A stretch of DNA of 64,000 nucleotides, taken from contig JAXMOL010000001.1 of NCBI GenBank assembly GCA_034669905.1, forward strand, positions 192,001 through 256,000. Direction: 5' to 3'. Source of the stretch: Candidatus Hydrogenedentota bacterium (GTDB lineage Bacteria > Hydrogenedentota > Hydrogenedentia > Hydrogenedentales > JAEUWI01). This document shows, piece by piece, positions 49,207 to 58,976 of the stretch (its first letter is position 1; every line of letters begins with the position of its first letter). A model generated the notes under the pieces. The model saw only the letters and a list, made by a program, of their open reading frames with translations. It made no database searches and was not told the origin of the DNA. The position numbers and the translations under genes were made by a program.

Positions 49207-49491
49207 GTATGGGTGGCCCGCGAATCGACAAATCGGCATTGTGCGCCTCGAATCCCGATTGGACCAAGCACCAGCCCAAAGGATGTCCCCAAGGGTCGTG
49301 CCGCACGAACCGGTATCTCGGTATCATTCGCCCCGTGCAAGGATGGGCGTTGCATAGTATCGAACTGAGGCCACCGTGTCTGAACACGAGACCATTGTAA
49401 GAATACGATACCCCGGCCTGGCCCGTCGGAGACGGGAAGTTCGCGGCGTAAGCCGCTGAATTATATGGGTGTTATGACAATCATACGTTTT

Positions 49492-49507
49492 TGGCACGGC
49501 GCTGGCG
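49492..49507 (+). promoter_or_regulatory. sigma54 (-24/-12) promoter, cassette 2
   Basis: TGGCACGGCGCTGGCG. Confidence 0.7.
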
Positions 49508-49603
49508 CTACATTCCTATACGCCGTGGGGCGTGCGAGCAATTGAACGTAAACGTCGATGAATCCATCCGCGATTTGCAGGGAAGAACCAGGAGGAATTT
49601 ACT

Positions 49604-49774
49604 ATGAACACTATCAAAATCAAAGAACTGAACCATGAAGTGACCGTTGAAGAAGCCAACAACGTCGTCGGTGGCTACAAATACAAACTCACCAACGTCG
49701 TAGTTTCCAGTTACGATACCTCCGGTCAAGCCGACGCTACTCGCCGCAACCCATCGCTCAAAACGAGTCGTTGA
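49604..49774 (+). CDS. 56-aa double-glycine-leader peptide MNTIKIKELNHEVTVEEANNVVGG|YKYKLTNVVVSSYDTSGQADATRRNPSLKTSR
   Basis: AGGAGG RBS; leader paralogous to 48941 with several synonymous changes. Confidence 0.85.
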   Translation: MNTIKIKELNHEVTVEEANNVVGGYKYKLTNVVVSSYDTSGQADATRRNPSLKTSR

Positions 49775-49808
49775 CACCGTTCAGGAGCGTAACGGGGTTA
49801 CGGATGAC

Positions 49809-49854
49809 AAGAACGGCAGGTGCCTGCACAATGTGCATGCGCCGCCGTCTTTTT
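49809..49854 (+). terminator. Intrinsic terminator, cassette 2
   Basis: ACGGCAGGTGCCTGCACAATGTGCATGCGCCGCCGTCTTTTT, homologous to the copy-1 terminator. Confidence 0.75.
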
Positions 49855-50025
49855 GTTCGGAAGAACAGACCGACGTCCGGCAACTTTGGTGGGTCTTGAT
49901 TCCTCTTGGAACTAGATCTGGGGGACTCTTTTGCCGATGGCCATTCGTATTTCAGTATCTAATTCGCAAGTTAAACCACCCCGAGATTCCAGCCGCAACC
50001 AGATAACCCCCACTCGGTGACGCCC

Positions 50026-51978
50026 TCAGGGCACCACGTGGTAGAGGTTATAGGGCTGACTTTTCAGCACGGGCTCCAACTGCAGCCTCATCTCACTCGG
50101 GGCCAGGATATAGTCAAACCCATAGGCCTCGGCGAGGACGTGCCACTCCTCTTTCGTCCGACTGGGCCAGCTGGCAAGGGGTTCCTCCGTCATATCCCCA
50201 TCCACAGGAAAGCCGTAGACATCGGCGTGCATCTTCTTGAGGCTCGGGGCCAGATAACGCAGGTAGGTCATGTGGTGAGCGGCCTGGTAGTCCGCGAAAA
50301 TCGGATGGCGGGTTTTGGCGAGCCAGGCCACGTCCCAATAGGGCGGTACAAGCATGGCATCCGACTCGCCCCGTTCGGCGAGATAATCTACCACCTCCTG
50401 CTGCAAGGGGTGGACGGGCAGCTGTTCCCGATGGGCGAGTTGGCCCACGAGGAGTTGGGCTCCCAGGGTCAGTAAGAGGATTCCCTGGTAGGCACCTACC
50501 GGCCCGGCAAGCTCGCCCAACTTCTCGAAGCGAATAAGCACCGCTGCCACGACCAATCCCGCAACCAGAGCGGCCAGCGCAAAGGGCGATAGTCCCGCGA
50601 GGAGAAAAGCGCCGCACACGGCAAAAAGCAGCGGGAGGAAGAGCGAGCGCCCGTGCACCATGCGTGCATAACCCAGGGCGGCCAAAGCACCGCCACACAG
50701 GAGCCACAGGGCCGTGTCGGGATTGTTGAAGTAGCGGGTCGCCAAGCCTTCGGGGAGTATCACTTGCCAAAGAGGACCGAGGGACACCCACAACAAGATC
50801 AGGCACACAAAGATGCGGGAAGCAAAGGGGGGCCAATCGTTGGTGCCTGGCGTCCGCGCCAGCAATCCCAGGGCCAGGGGCACCAACAGAATGGCCAGGT
50901 GATTGGTCAGGCGGTAGGGCATCCAACCCAACAGCAAGAAGGGTATCTCCCCGCCGACCACCTGATGCACCAGCCAGATGAGTCCCACAACGGTGGCGAG
51001 AATGCCCGCATAGAGCGTGACCCAGCCTCGGTCCCGTTCTCCCATGGCCTGTCCCCGCTCCAGGGCGAGGCTGCCGCCGGCCATCAACAAGACCAGCGCC
51101 ACCCCCACTCCACTTTTCCAGAAGGGATTGAGCCGGGCGAAACCGCGATGGAGATCATAGCGCTCCGTGTAGGCCGCCCAGATGGCGTGGGTATCACCCG
51201 TGGCCGCGTAGGCCCCTTCGGTGGGCAAGGGCACGTGAAGACGCGACTGGATGGCGTAGAAAATCACGCAGGGCACCAATCCCAAAGCGAAATAGCCCAA
51301 GGCCTGCACGACCCGCCTATGGTCCCGCTGATAGCAATAGATAAGCCACTGCACCCCGGCCACGGCCCCAATAACGGGTAGTTGTCCGATATGGATGGCC
51401 ACCATGAGCCCCAGGAGAAGCCAGACGGTCCGCCAGCAATCATAGAGCAACAGGGCAAAGACCAGTAGCGCGTAGCCCGTGCCGATTTGTCCGATGGCAT
51501 ACATGTGGGGCCAGGATTCGATAGGGTAGTAACTCTGCAGGCCCTGATGAATGCCCAACAAAACCAATACGACAGCGATATGGCCATACCACGTCTTTCC
51601 GGAAAAACGGGTGCCCAGCAAGAAGACCGGTACGGTGCAGAAAACAAGCTGGAGCACGTTGCGGTAGCCATTCACGAGAAGGGGCGAATCCACGAAGTGC
51701 AGCACCAGCGCCGACAGGTAGCTCTGCCCACTGAAGACATTCCGGCAATATTGATAGCAGGGATGGCCCTCGGGATAGGGCACGAGGCCCGTGATCAGGA
51801 GGGCGTGCTCATAGGTCTCTTCCCAGCGAACGCCGCGTAGTGCGACGGCGAAAAGTGAAAAAGCGACCCAGCCGAGGCTGCCATACCACAATGATCGAAA
51901 GTCGATGGACTGCTTTTCTTGTTGACGTGCCGAGGAAATAGCGATGGCTCCCGTAGTGCGTTGGAAGGAAGGCCCCAT
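50026..51978 (-). CDS. Polytopic membrane protein, possibly GT-C-like; start uncertain
   Basis: Many TM segments and a soluble C-terminal domain ending LAEAYGFDYIL. Confidence 0.6.
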   Translation of the reverse strand: MGPSFQRTTGAIAISSARQQEKQSIDFRSLWYGSLGWVAFSLFAVALRGVRWEETYEHALLITGLVPYPEGHPCYQYCRNVFSGQSYLSALVLHFVDSPLLVNGYRNVLQLVFCTVPVFLLGTRFSGKTWYGHIAVVLVLLGIHQGLQSYYPIESWPHMYAIGQIGTGYALLVFALLLYDCWRTVWLLLGLMVAIHIGQLPVIGAVAGVQWLIYCYQRDHRRVVQALGYFALGLVPCVIFYAIQSRLHVPLPTEGAYAATGDTHAIWAAYTERYDLHRGFARLNPFWKSGVGVALVLLMAGGSLALERGQAMGERDRGWVTLYAGILATVVGLIWLVHQVVGGEIPFLLLGWMPYRLTNHLAILLVPLALGLLARTPGTNDWPPFASRIFVCLILLWVSLGPLWQVILPEGLATRYFNNPDTALWLLCGGALAALGYARMVHGRSLFLPLLFAVCGAFLLAGLSPFALAALVAGLVVAAVLIRFEKLGELAGPVGAYQGILLLTLGAQLLVGQLAHREQLPVHPLQQEVVDYLAERGESDAMLVPPYWDVAWLAKTRHPIFADYQAAHHMTYLRYLAPSLKKMHADVYGFPVDGDMTEEPLASWPSRTKEEWHVLAEAYGFDYILAPSEMRLQLEPVLKSQPYNLYHVVP

Positions 51979-52060
51979 TATAGACGGGAGCACGTGCAAA
52001 TTATAGGCAGAAAAATGGGCCTTTGCAGCGCATCGGGCAGGAGCGCGGGGTAGTTGCAAT

Positions 52061-52089
52061 CTCGTTCCCAAGCGCTGCCTGGGAATGCA
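52061..52089. repeat. REP-like hairpin, same family as 44729-44757
   Basis: CTCGTTCCCAAGCGCTGCCTGGGAATGCA vs reverse complement of 44729-44757 CTCGTTCCCAAGCTCTGCTTGGGAATGCA (2 mismatches). Confidence 0.8.
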
Positions 52090-52093
52090 GCCC

Positions 52094-52543
52094 CTATAGC
52101 GCCTTTACCAGAAAAAACTTGCTGTTCCCCTGGGAATCCCAATCGGCCAACTCGCCCCTGACCACATAGCCCGCCGCCTGGTAGAATTCCGGCGCCTGAT
52201 AGGCCATCGTGTCCACATAAGCATGGCAACAACCCCGCGCCACCGCAATGGCCTCCGCCATTTCGAGAAGCGCACGGCCGATGCCCTGCCCGCGCAAGGC
52301 TTCCTCCACGGCCATGACGTCGGTCTTGAGCCACGTGAATTGGGTCGTTCCGAATAGCCCACCCACCACTGAGCCTTTGCCGTCATAGGCAAGCAATTGG
52401 ATAGGTACCGCCTCGTTCTCTGTGCGCTCCCGGGCTTCCCAGAACGCCGGGTTGGCCCGTTGGTTGTGGTTGCGAAGGATCGTAAAGACCGTTTCCTGGT
52501 CGGCGTCGTGCATGTCATCGATGGATTCAATCTGAAAACGCAT
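52094..52543 (-). CDS. GNAT family N-acetyltransferase
   Basis: V.EALRGQGIGRALL, DTMAYQAPEFY..AGY. Confidence 0.9.
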   Translation of the reverse strand: MRFQIESIDDMHDADQETVFTILRNHNQRANPAFWEARERTENEAVPIQLLAYDGKGSVVGGLFGTTQFTWLKTDVMAVEEALRGQGIGRALLEMAEAIAVARGCCHAYVDTMAYQAPEFYQAAGYVVRGELADWDSQGNSKFFLVKAL

Positions 52544-52681
52544 GGTGTATCGATTCCCTTTTTACGCGACCGCCCTGCGTCGCATGACTCCATTGTAGTC
52601 ACGGCACGGGGCAAATCACAGGGGCGGCGGGCGCGGTGGCTATGCTATAGTGCCGGGCGTTACCGGTATGAAGGAATCTGC

Positions 52682-54811
52682 ATGGACGCACCCGAAGAAT
52701 CGAATCCCCCCACCGCCCGCTGGGCCACCCTACGTGGCTGGTTCCGCCCGTGCGTGCCCGATGTTCGTCGTGCCCTGGCCCTCTTCGGGATGGCCTTTGT
52801 TATGGGGGTCGTCTATGTAAGCACCTGGGGCGGCCCACCCGAATTCTGGCAGCAGATCTTCGGCCCCTCGGTCATGATGGCCTGTGGTGAAGGCTTCACC
52901 AATCCCCACCTCGACGACGTGCCGGGCCTCGAAGACTTCCTCTATCTACGCGCCGAGTCCTTCCCCTGTGAAAACATCCCCGCCGACGTCCGGCGCTTGC
53001 CGTCCGACACGAGTGCGATGGATTACGATACGGTCCAGGAATTCCACCCCGAGCCCCAATTCAAGGGGTGGACCCAGTGGCAGCGTTTTCACCGCTATCT
53101 CTTGATGAGCGTGGCCCTGTGTTTCTACCTCTTCGGCGTGGCGTGGCAGTCCCTCGTGCCCCTCTATGGCCTCCTCTACGGCCTCACCAACGCCTTGGGC
53201 TATGGCCTCTTTCGGCTGGCCATGGGCAGGCGCTGGGCGACCGGCTTTGCCCTCCTCCTCATGACCTCGCCGGTGCATTTGCAGCAACTCCCCCAGCTCC
53301 GGGACTACAGCAAGGCCCCCTTCTTCTTCCTGATCATGCTGATTATGGGTTGCTTACTGACACGCCCCTTGCCCCTCCGCCTTCAGGTGCCCCTGGCGGC
53401 AATGGCGGGATTCGTGGGGGGACTCGGCCTGGGCTTCCGTCAGGATATTGCCTTTGCGGCCGCCGTCTTCTGCCTCTTGGTGGCCCTCTTTTCGCCGGGG
53501 CATATCAAGAAAACGTGGTGGCGACGGGGCCTGATTATCACCGTATTCTTGGCAGCCGTTGCCGTGCTGGGAACGCCCATCGTGCGGGTGCTTTCCGGCG
53601 TCAACAACTCCACCCACGACACGATTATCGGCTTCACCCACTATTGTGACGAGCGCCTGGGCGTGGAAGCTCCGCTCTATGATTTCGGCGACCCCTTTCT
53701 CGATGAATACGTGCGCGCTATCCTCATGGGCTATGCCCACCGCACCGAAGGGCGCACCGAAGTTTTCCGCCACTACTCGCCGGACTATGATGCCGCCGGA
53801 AAAGCCTACTTTCGCGACATCGCCACCACCTTCCCCGCCGATCTCATCGTGCGCGGCTACGCCTCGGTGCTCCGCATCGTCGACGAGCTCCAGATCAGCT
53901 CCGCCAACAACGCGCCCCGGGGTATCACGAATCAGTTCGTGGCCCGACTCTATCAGTGGCGACAGGCCCTCCTCGATGGCATACCCGGCGGCGGACGTTA
54001 TTACGTGGCCGCCATGCTGCTGGTGCTGGGCGCGATCAATCCCCGACTGGCCCTCGCCCTCTTTATCGCCATCATGATACTGGCGGGCTATCCGGCCCTG
54101 CGCTTCAGCGAGCGTCACGCCTTCCACATGGAAATCGTGTCTCTATTTGCCCTGGGTTTTCTCCTCCACGGCCTCTATCTCGCAGCGACCACGGGCTGGA
54201 AACGACGTCATGAATTCACCTGGACGGCGGGCCTCCATGCGACCAAGGGCTACGTCCTCCGTGGTGCGGTCGTCGCCACCACCCTGGTCGCGCTCTTGCT
54301 GGTTCCCCTCTACACCGCACGACTCTGGCAATCCCGCCAGGTACCGCCCCTCCTCGCCGCTTACGCCCAGGCCGAGCGGGAACTCGTGCGGACGGAAGTG
54401 ACCCCGGTAGACGACACGACCGTGCAGATGGCCCTCCCCACCCTGGTCTCCCGGATGGGAGACGAAGGTCCCCTTCCCATGTATACCGAAGTGCTGGTCC
54501 TGGAATTTGCGCCGGGGGACACAGCGGTACCTGTCGATTTCACCTACGAAGCCGATCACCCCAACTTCTTGTTCAATCGGAGTATGACCGTGCCTGCCCG
54601 TTCGCAGGACACGGAACCCACCCATCTCTACTATCCCCTCTACCACGGATTGGACGCGCGCTTTCAGGCCATTCGGCTTTCGAAGGCGGGACATGAACGT
54701 CTTCGGGGAGTCTATCGGCTCGTGGATCTCAGCGACCGGGGCATCTTGCTCAATGCCGTCTTGCCACCGGACTGGGAACGCGGCCCCTTCTACCAGAAGT
54801 TTTCACGATAA
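52682..54811 (+). CDS. Polytopic membrane protein, possibly GT-C-like
   Basis: ATG after GAAGGA; alternating TM and periplasmic segments; RDYSKAPF, GFRQD. Confidence 0.6.
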   Translation: MDAPEESNPPTARWATLRGWFRPCVPDVRRALALFGMAFVMGVVYVSTWGGPPEFWQQIFGPSVMMACGEGFTNPHLDDVPGLEDFLYLRAESFPCENIPADVRRLPSDTSAMDYDTVQEFHPEPQFKGWTQWQRFHRYLLMSVALCFYLFGVAWQSLVPLYGLLYGLTNALGYGLFRLAMGRRWATGFALLLMTSPVHLQQLPQLRDYSKAPFFFLIMLIMGCLLTRPLPLRLQVPLAAMAGFVGGLGLGFRQDIAFAAAVFCLLVALFSPGHIKKTWWRRGLIITVFLAAVAVLGTPIVRVLSGVNNSTHDTIIGFTHYCDERLGVEAPLYDFGDPFLDEYVRAILMGYAHRTEGRTEVFRHYSPDYDAAGKAYFRDIATTFPADLIVRGYASVLRIVDELQISSANNAPRGITNQFVARLYQWRQALLDGIPGGGRYYVAAMLLVLGAINPRLALALFIAIMILAGYPALRFSERHAFHMEIVSLFALGFLLHGLYLAATTGWKRRHEFTWTAGLHATKGYVLRGAVVATTLVALLLVPLYTARLWQSRQVPPLLAAYAQAERELVRTEVTPVDDTTVQMALPTLVSRMGDEGPLPMYTEVLVLEFAPGDTAVPVDFTYEADHPNFLFNRSMTVPARSQDTEPTHLYYPLYHGLDARFQAIRLSKAGHERLRGVYRLVDLSDRGILLNAVLPPDWERGPFYQKFSR

Positions 54812-54901
54812 GCGCCTCGGTCAAACTTGCCTGAAGTGCCCCTTATGTCTCACAATGCCCTTTGTAAAATGAAGGTCACTTTACTAATCGGGAGTAAGCG
54901 C

Positions 54902-56038
54902 ATGCTGTACGGACTACGGGGCCTCGCCCTCTCCATCTTTTTGGGTTTGGCTTTCACCGCCTCCGCCGGGGACAAGGTCATGGAAACGTGGCATCTTGCA
55001 CCCTTCTGGCAATCCGACACGATGCACGGCGAAAGCCTCTTTTTCCTGGAGCCGGAAGCAGGCGCTCCCGCAACCGCGCCCCTGCTCTTCACCCCCATCA
55101 AGGTCCTCTCCCTCATTCACCCCCCTACGGGCACGACCTATGAAGTGGGCCGGGATTATATTGTGGACGTCGAGAAAAAGCGCATCACCCTGACGGACGA
55201 TTCCCGTATCCCTTTCACCACCCGCAAAGACTTTGAGCCACCACTTGGCGCGAGCGGTCAACTGTACAAAGACGAAACACGGGATATCTTTTTTGGCGCC
55301 GGCCCCTACTTTCATAACCGGCAGGTTGAAATCAGCTACACCCACGCGCCCGATGCCTGGGCGGCCATGAAGGGACCCCAGCCCGAGGCGACGGCCCACC
55401 TGCCCCGCACGGCTGCGATTTTAAAATCGGGCAAGCCCCTGTCTCTGTGCCTGTTGGGCGACAGCATTTCCACTGGACTGGACGCCTCGTCGACCTCCGA
55501 CACGGCCCCCCACGCCCCTGGCTACGGGATGCTGGTCGCCCATGGCCTGGAAGAAATCTTCGGAAGCCCCGTGGCCTTCACCAATTTCTCCGTGAGCGGT
55601 ATGGCCGCACCCTGGGGCGCCAAACAGGCACCGGCCGTGGCCGCCAAGAAGCCCGACCTGGTCCTTATCGCCTTTGGGATGAATGACGCCTCCTCCCGCC
55701 GTGCGCCCGATGTATTTCGCGCCGACATCGAGGGCATCATGGCCGGCATCCGCAGTGCCCACCCGGACTCCGAGTTTCTACTCGTATCCACGATGCGGGG
55801 CAACCCCGACTGGAAACACACGGCCCCCGAACTCTACCCCCAGTATCGTGATGCGCTCCTGACCCTGGAAAAACCCGGCGTGGCCGTCGCGGATCTGACG
55901 GCCTTCTGGACTACCCTGCTGGCCCACAAGCAATTTGTCGACATCACGGGCAACGGGGTCAACCATCCCAATGACTTTGGCCACCGGGTCTACGCGCAGG
56001 TCATTCTGGCCCGTCTTGGATTCAGCCCCACGGAGTAA
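54902..56038 (+). CDS. Secreted SGNH/GDSL hydrolase
   Basis: Signal peptide; GDSIS, FGMND, NHPNDFGH. Confidence 0.88.
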   Translation: MLYGLRGLALSIFLGLAFTASAGDKVMETWHLAPFWQSDTMHGESLFFLEPEAGAPATAPLLFTPIKVLSLIHPPTGTTYEVGRDYIVDVEKKRITLTDDSRIPFTTRKDFEPPLGASGQLYKDETRDIFFGAGPYFHNRQVEISYTHAPDAWAAMKGPQPEATAHLPRTAAILKSGKPLSLCLLGDSISTGLDASSTSDTAPHAPGYGMLVAHGLEEIFGSPVAFTNFSVSGMAAPWGAKQAPAVAAKKPDLVLIAFGMNDASSRRAPDVFRADIEGIMAGIRSAHPDSEFLLVSTMRGNPDWKHTAPELYPQYRDALLTLEKPGVAVADLTAFWTTLLAHKQFVDITGNGVNHPNDFGHRVYAQVILARLGFSPTE

Positions 56039-56041
56039 CAC

Positions 56042-57541
56042 GTGTCGTCTCCAGAAAACAAGGAGCCTGTACTCGATTCCATCGCCTTTCGGGCGCTGGG
56101 CGAATTAAGTATGGGTATTGTCATCACCCGGGACAACAAGGTGGTCTACAGCAATGCGGCCTTCACGTCCATGACCGGGCTCGAGGCGGATGCCATTGCG
56201 GATTCCCGCCATCCCTTCCTGGGCCCCCCACTGGTCACCACCGCCACGGCCCAGTTGATGCAATCCTACCTGGACGAACCCAGCCCCTCCACACCGCTAC
56301 GCCTGGACTACGTCCGTGCCGACAGTTTATCCGCCTGGAACGAGGTTCAGCTTTTTCGGGAAGGCGCCTATGTCACCTGGATGCATCGAGACGTCACCCA
56401 GCAAATGGGTACCCACGAGCTCTGGCAACGCTATGAATTCCTGGTGGACACCTCCCATCAGTTTATGGCGCTTGTGAATCCGGAATATGCCTATGAACTG
56501 GTCAACCGCTCCTTTGCGGCCGCCTTCGATACAACGCCCCAGGAAGTCTATGGGGTCCATGCCGCCACCGTCTGGGGAAAGAGCATGTTCTCCAACGTGG
56601 TCGCCCCCCACCTCGACCACTCCTTTCAGGGCAAGGAAGTCCGGGTCATTCACGAAGTCGATCTGCCGGTTGGCGGACGCCGTTACCTCGACATGATCTA
56701 TACGCCCTACAAGAATCAGGAGGGGGCTGTTGTCCACGTCGTGTTCGTGGCGTGGGATGTTACCAAAGAAAAGACTGCCACCGATGCGGTGCGCGACGTC
56801 AATCGCGCGCTGGAGCAGCGGGTGGCCTCCCGCACGGCGGAGCTGCAGGACACGCTGCAAGAGTTGGAAGCCTTCAACTATACGATTGCCCACGATTTGC
56901 GATCGCCCCTTCGCTTTCTCAAAACCTTCACCAAAATGCTCGACGAAACCTGCGATGAAAGTCTGGGCGATCCCGGCCGTTACTATGTCTCCATGATTTC
57001 CCAGGGCGTGGCGGAAATGCAGCACATGATCGATCGGCTGCTCGACTTCTCCCGCCTGAGCCGAAAACCGCTGTGCCTCGAAAAGTGCAACTTGAACGAC
57101 GTGGTGTTTCGGGCGAAACAGTCGGTCTTCTTCGAAGGAAACACCCAGGTCGAGATCAGAGAACTACCCCAGTGTCTGGGCGACGCCGATCTGCTCAAGC
57201 AGGTCTTTGTGAATCTCCTCCAGAACGCGGGCAAATTCAGCCAGAAGAACCCGTCTCCGAAAATCGAAGTCTTCGCCGAGCCATCGGAGCCATCGAAGGT
57301 CCGCATTTGTGTGCGGGACAATGGGGAAGGCTTTCACATGACCCACGCAGAAGCGATGTTTGCGCCCTTCAAACAAATCCACGAACACACCGACGACCAG
57401 GGGAGTGGCCTGGGGCTTGCCATTGTGCGGCGGATTGTGGAGCGCCATGGCGGACGGGTCTGGGCGGAGAGCGAAGAGGGGCTGGAAGCACGCTTTTACG
57501 TTGAACTGCGTAGCATGGGCACACCAACCCCCCAAAATTGA
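56042..57541 (+). CDS. PAS-PAS sensor histidine kinase
   Basis: AHDLRSPL, NLLQNAGKF, DNGEGF, GSGLGLAIV. Confidence 0.92.
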   Translation: MSSPENKEPVLDSIAFRALGELSMGIVITRDNKVVYSNAAFTSMTGLEADAIADSRHPFLGPPLVTTATAQLMQSYLDEPSPSTPLRLDYVRADSLSAWNEVQLFREGAYVTWMHRDVTQQMGTHELWQRYEFLVDTSHQFMALVNPEYAYELVNRSFAAAFDTTPQEVYGVHAATVWGKSMFSNVVAPHLDHSFQGKEVRVIHEVDLPVGGRRYLDMIYTPYKNQEGAVVHVVFVAWDVTKEKTATDAVRDVNRALEQRVASRTAELQDTLQELEAFNYTIAHDLRSPLRFLKTFTKMLDETCDESLGDPGRYYVSMISQGVAEMQHMIDRLLDFSRLSRKPLCLEKCNLNDVVFRAKQSVFFEGNTQVEIRELPQCLGDADLLKQVFVNLLQNAGKFSQKNPSPKIEVFAEPSEPSKVRICVRDNGEGFHMTHAEAMFAPFKQIHEHTDDQGSGLGLAIVRRIVERHGGRVWAESEEGLEARFYVELRSMGTPTPQN

Positions 57542-57884
57542 ACTCCGCAGGCTAATTCACCGGATGGGACCCACCCGAAAAAGTACGTCGCGCCCTCCCG
57601 ACAATCGATTCCGCCCAGCCCCCCGTTACGATTGTGCTAGATAGTTGGTGTATTTTTCGATACAATGAGGGTGTGTGTAGCGTTGGCAATGCAGGTGTCT
57701 CGGGATCGTCACCTGAATCGGGGAGCAACTGACTCTCGTATTGGCCATAGCGTGCAATACGTTCGTACACGCCTACATACCGAACGGTTACGATTGGGAA
57801 GATCGAAACCGCGCTGACACGGGCAGTTTCTTTGCTGCCCGGTGTGGTTTCGAGTAACAGTTATTGCAGGAATTCGAGGCATAA

Positions 57885-58607
57885 ATGCGAACCGAAAAAA
57901 TCCTGGTTGTCGAAGACGAAGATGATGCGCTTACCCGCACCCGTCAGGTTCTGGAAGACGACGGGTATACGGTCACCACAGCGAAAAACGGATTGGATGC
58001 GTTGATGCAGATTGCCGACCACCAGCCGGACCTGGTGGTGCTGGATATCAATCTTGATGAGGGGGAAGGCAATTCCCCGACCATGGACGGCATTGAAGTA
58101 CTACGGGAAATGCGGAAGGAGTCGGACGCTTGCGTCCTCATGCTGACGACAACGTCCATCAGCTATGTGAAGGTCGCCGCACTGACCATGGGTGCCGACG
58201 ACTACCTCACCAAACCCTTCGACCCCAAAGAACTCACCGCCCGCGTTCAGGCCATCTTGCGACGTGCCAAAGGAACCGCACGCGGTTCAGACACCCTGGA
58301 GTTTCAGGGACTCAGCATTGATCCGGGCGCGCGCATTGTCTTGAAGCATGGCGAAGATGTAAAGCTCACGCCCATCGAATTTGATTTGCTGCTCGCACTC
58401 GCGCGACGTCCCGGACAGGTCATCGGGCGCAGCCAGCTCATCAGCCAGGCCTGGAATTTCAAGTATGCTGGCGACGAGCGTCTGGTGGATGTGCACATGG
58501 GACGCTTGCGCAAGAAGCTGGAAGACGATACCTCCAATCCACGTTTGATCATGACCGTCTGGGGCAAGGGCTATCGCTTCGAGGGGGTTGCGGCCAACTC
58601 CGACTAA
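57885..58607 (+). CDS. OmpR/PhoB-family response regulator
   Basis: VVEDE, LDINL, GADDYLTKPF, VDVHMGRLRKKL, TVWGKGYR. Confidence 0.95.
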   Translation: MRTEKILVVEDEDDALTRTRQVLEDDGYTVTTAKNGLDALMQIADHQPDLVVLDINLDEGEGNSPTMDGIEVLREMRKESDACVLMLTTTSISYVKVAALTMGADDYLTKPFDPKELTARVQAILRRAKGTARGSDTLEFQGLSIDPGARIVLKHGEDVKLTPIEFDLLLALARRPGQVIGRSQLISQAWNFKYAGDERLVDVHMGRLRKKLEDDTSNPRLIMTVWGKGYRFEGVAANSD

Positions 58608-58622
58608 AGGGGAAGCATCGCA

Positions 58623-58976
58623 ATGATTACTGCGCCAGAAATGGAAAATGGTATTGCCATCGTGGCCTTTACCCAGGACAGCCTGGATGCGAGCAACACC
58701 AAGGTTTTCCGTGAAGCCATTCAGCCCGTGCTGGAAAACAACAAGAGCGTACTCCTGGATCTCTATGCCCTGCAGTTTGTCGACAGCTCCGGGCTGGGCG
58801 CCCTGCTCTCCTGTCTACGTGCCGTCAACGATGGCGGCGGCACCCTCGCCCTCTGCAACATGAGCAAACCGGTGCGCACCCTTTTCGAGTTGGTGCGCAT
58901 GTTTCGCATCTTCGATATCTACGCATCCCGCTTCGAAGCCCTCACGGCGATGAACGTGGGCACTACGCCAGAATAG
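58623..58976 (+). CDS. STAS anti-sigma-factor antagonist
   Basis: LDASN, FVDSSGLGAL. Confidence 0.92.
   Translation: MITAPEMENGIAIVAFTQDSLDASNTKVFREAIQPVLENNKSVLLDLYALQFVDSSGLGALLSCLRAVNDGGGTLALCNMSKPVRTLFELVRMFRIFDIYASRFEALTAMNVGTTPE

Larger units (their letters stand above)
48634..49854 (+). repeat. Tandem duplication of a ~663-bp expression cassette (copy 1 about 48634-49206, copy 2 about 49296-49854)
   Basis: Blocks align at offset 662-663, e.g. AACACGAGACCAT, TTTTTGGCACGG, CAATTGAACGTAAACGTCGATGAATCCATCCGCGATTTGCAGGGAA, CAGGAGGAATTTACTATGAACACTATC. Confidence 0.93.

Noticed and set aside
48941..49774. Peptides as decayed hcp pseudogene fragments or a DGR template/variable repeat pair
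   Set aside because: Intact RBS, GG leader and terminators with synonymous divergence; no other T6SS remnants; differences are not adenine-specific and there is no reverse transcriptase
48718..49777. Minus-strand ORFs 48718-48999, 48845-49387 and 49508-49777
   Set aside because: Antisense to the peptide genes; promoter, RBS and terminators all point to the plus strand
57821..57836. sigma54-like GGGCAGTTTCTTTGCT upstream of the response regulator
   Set aside because: Spacing is right but the -24 half is weak and there is no supporting enhancer; too uncertain to call
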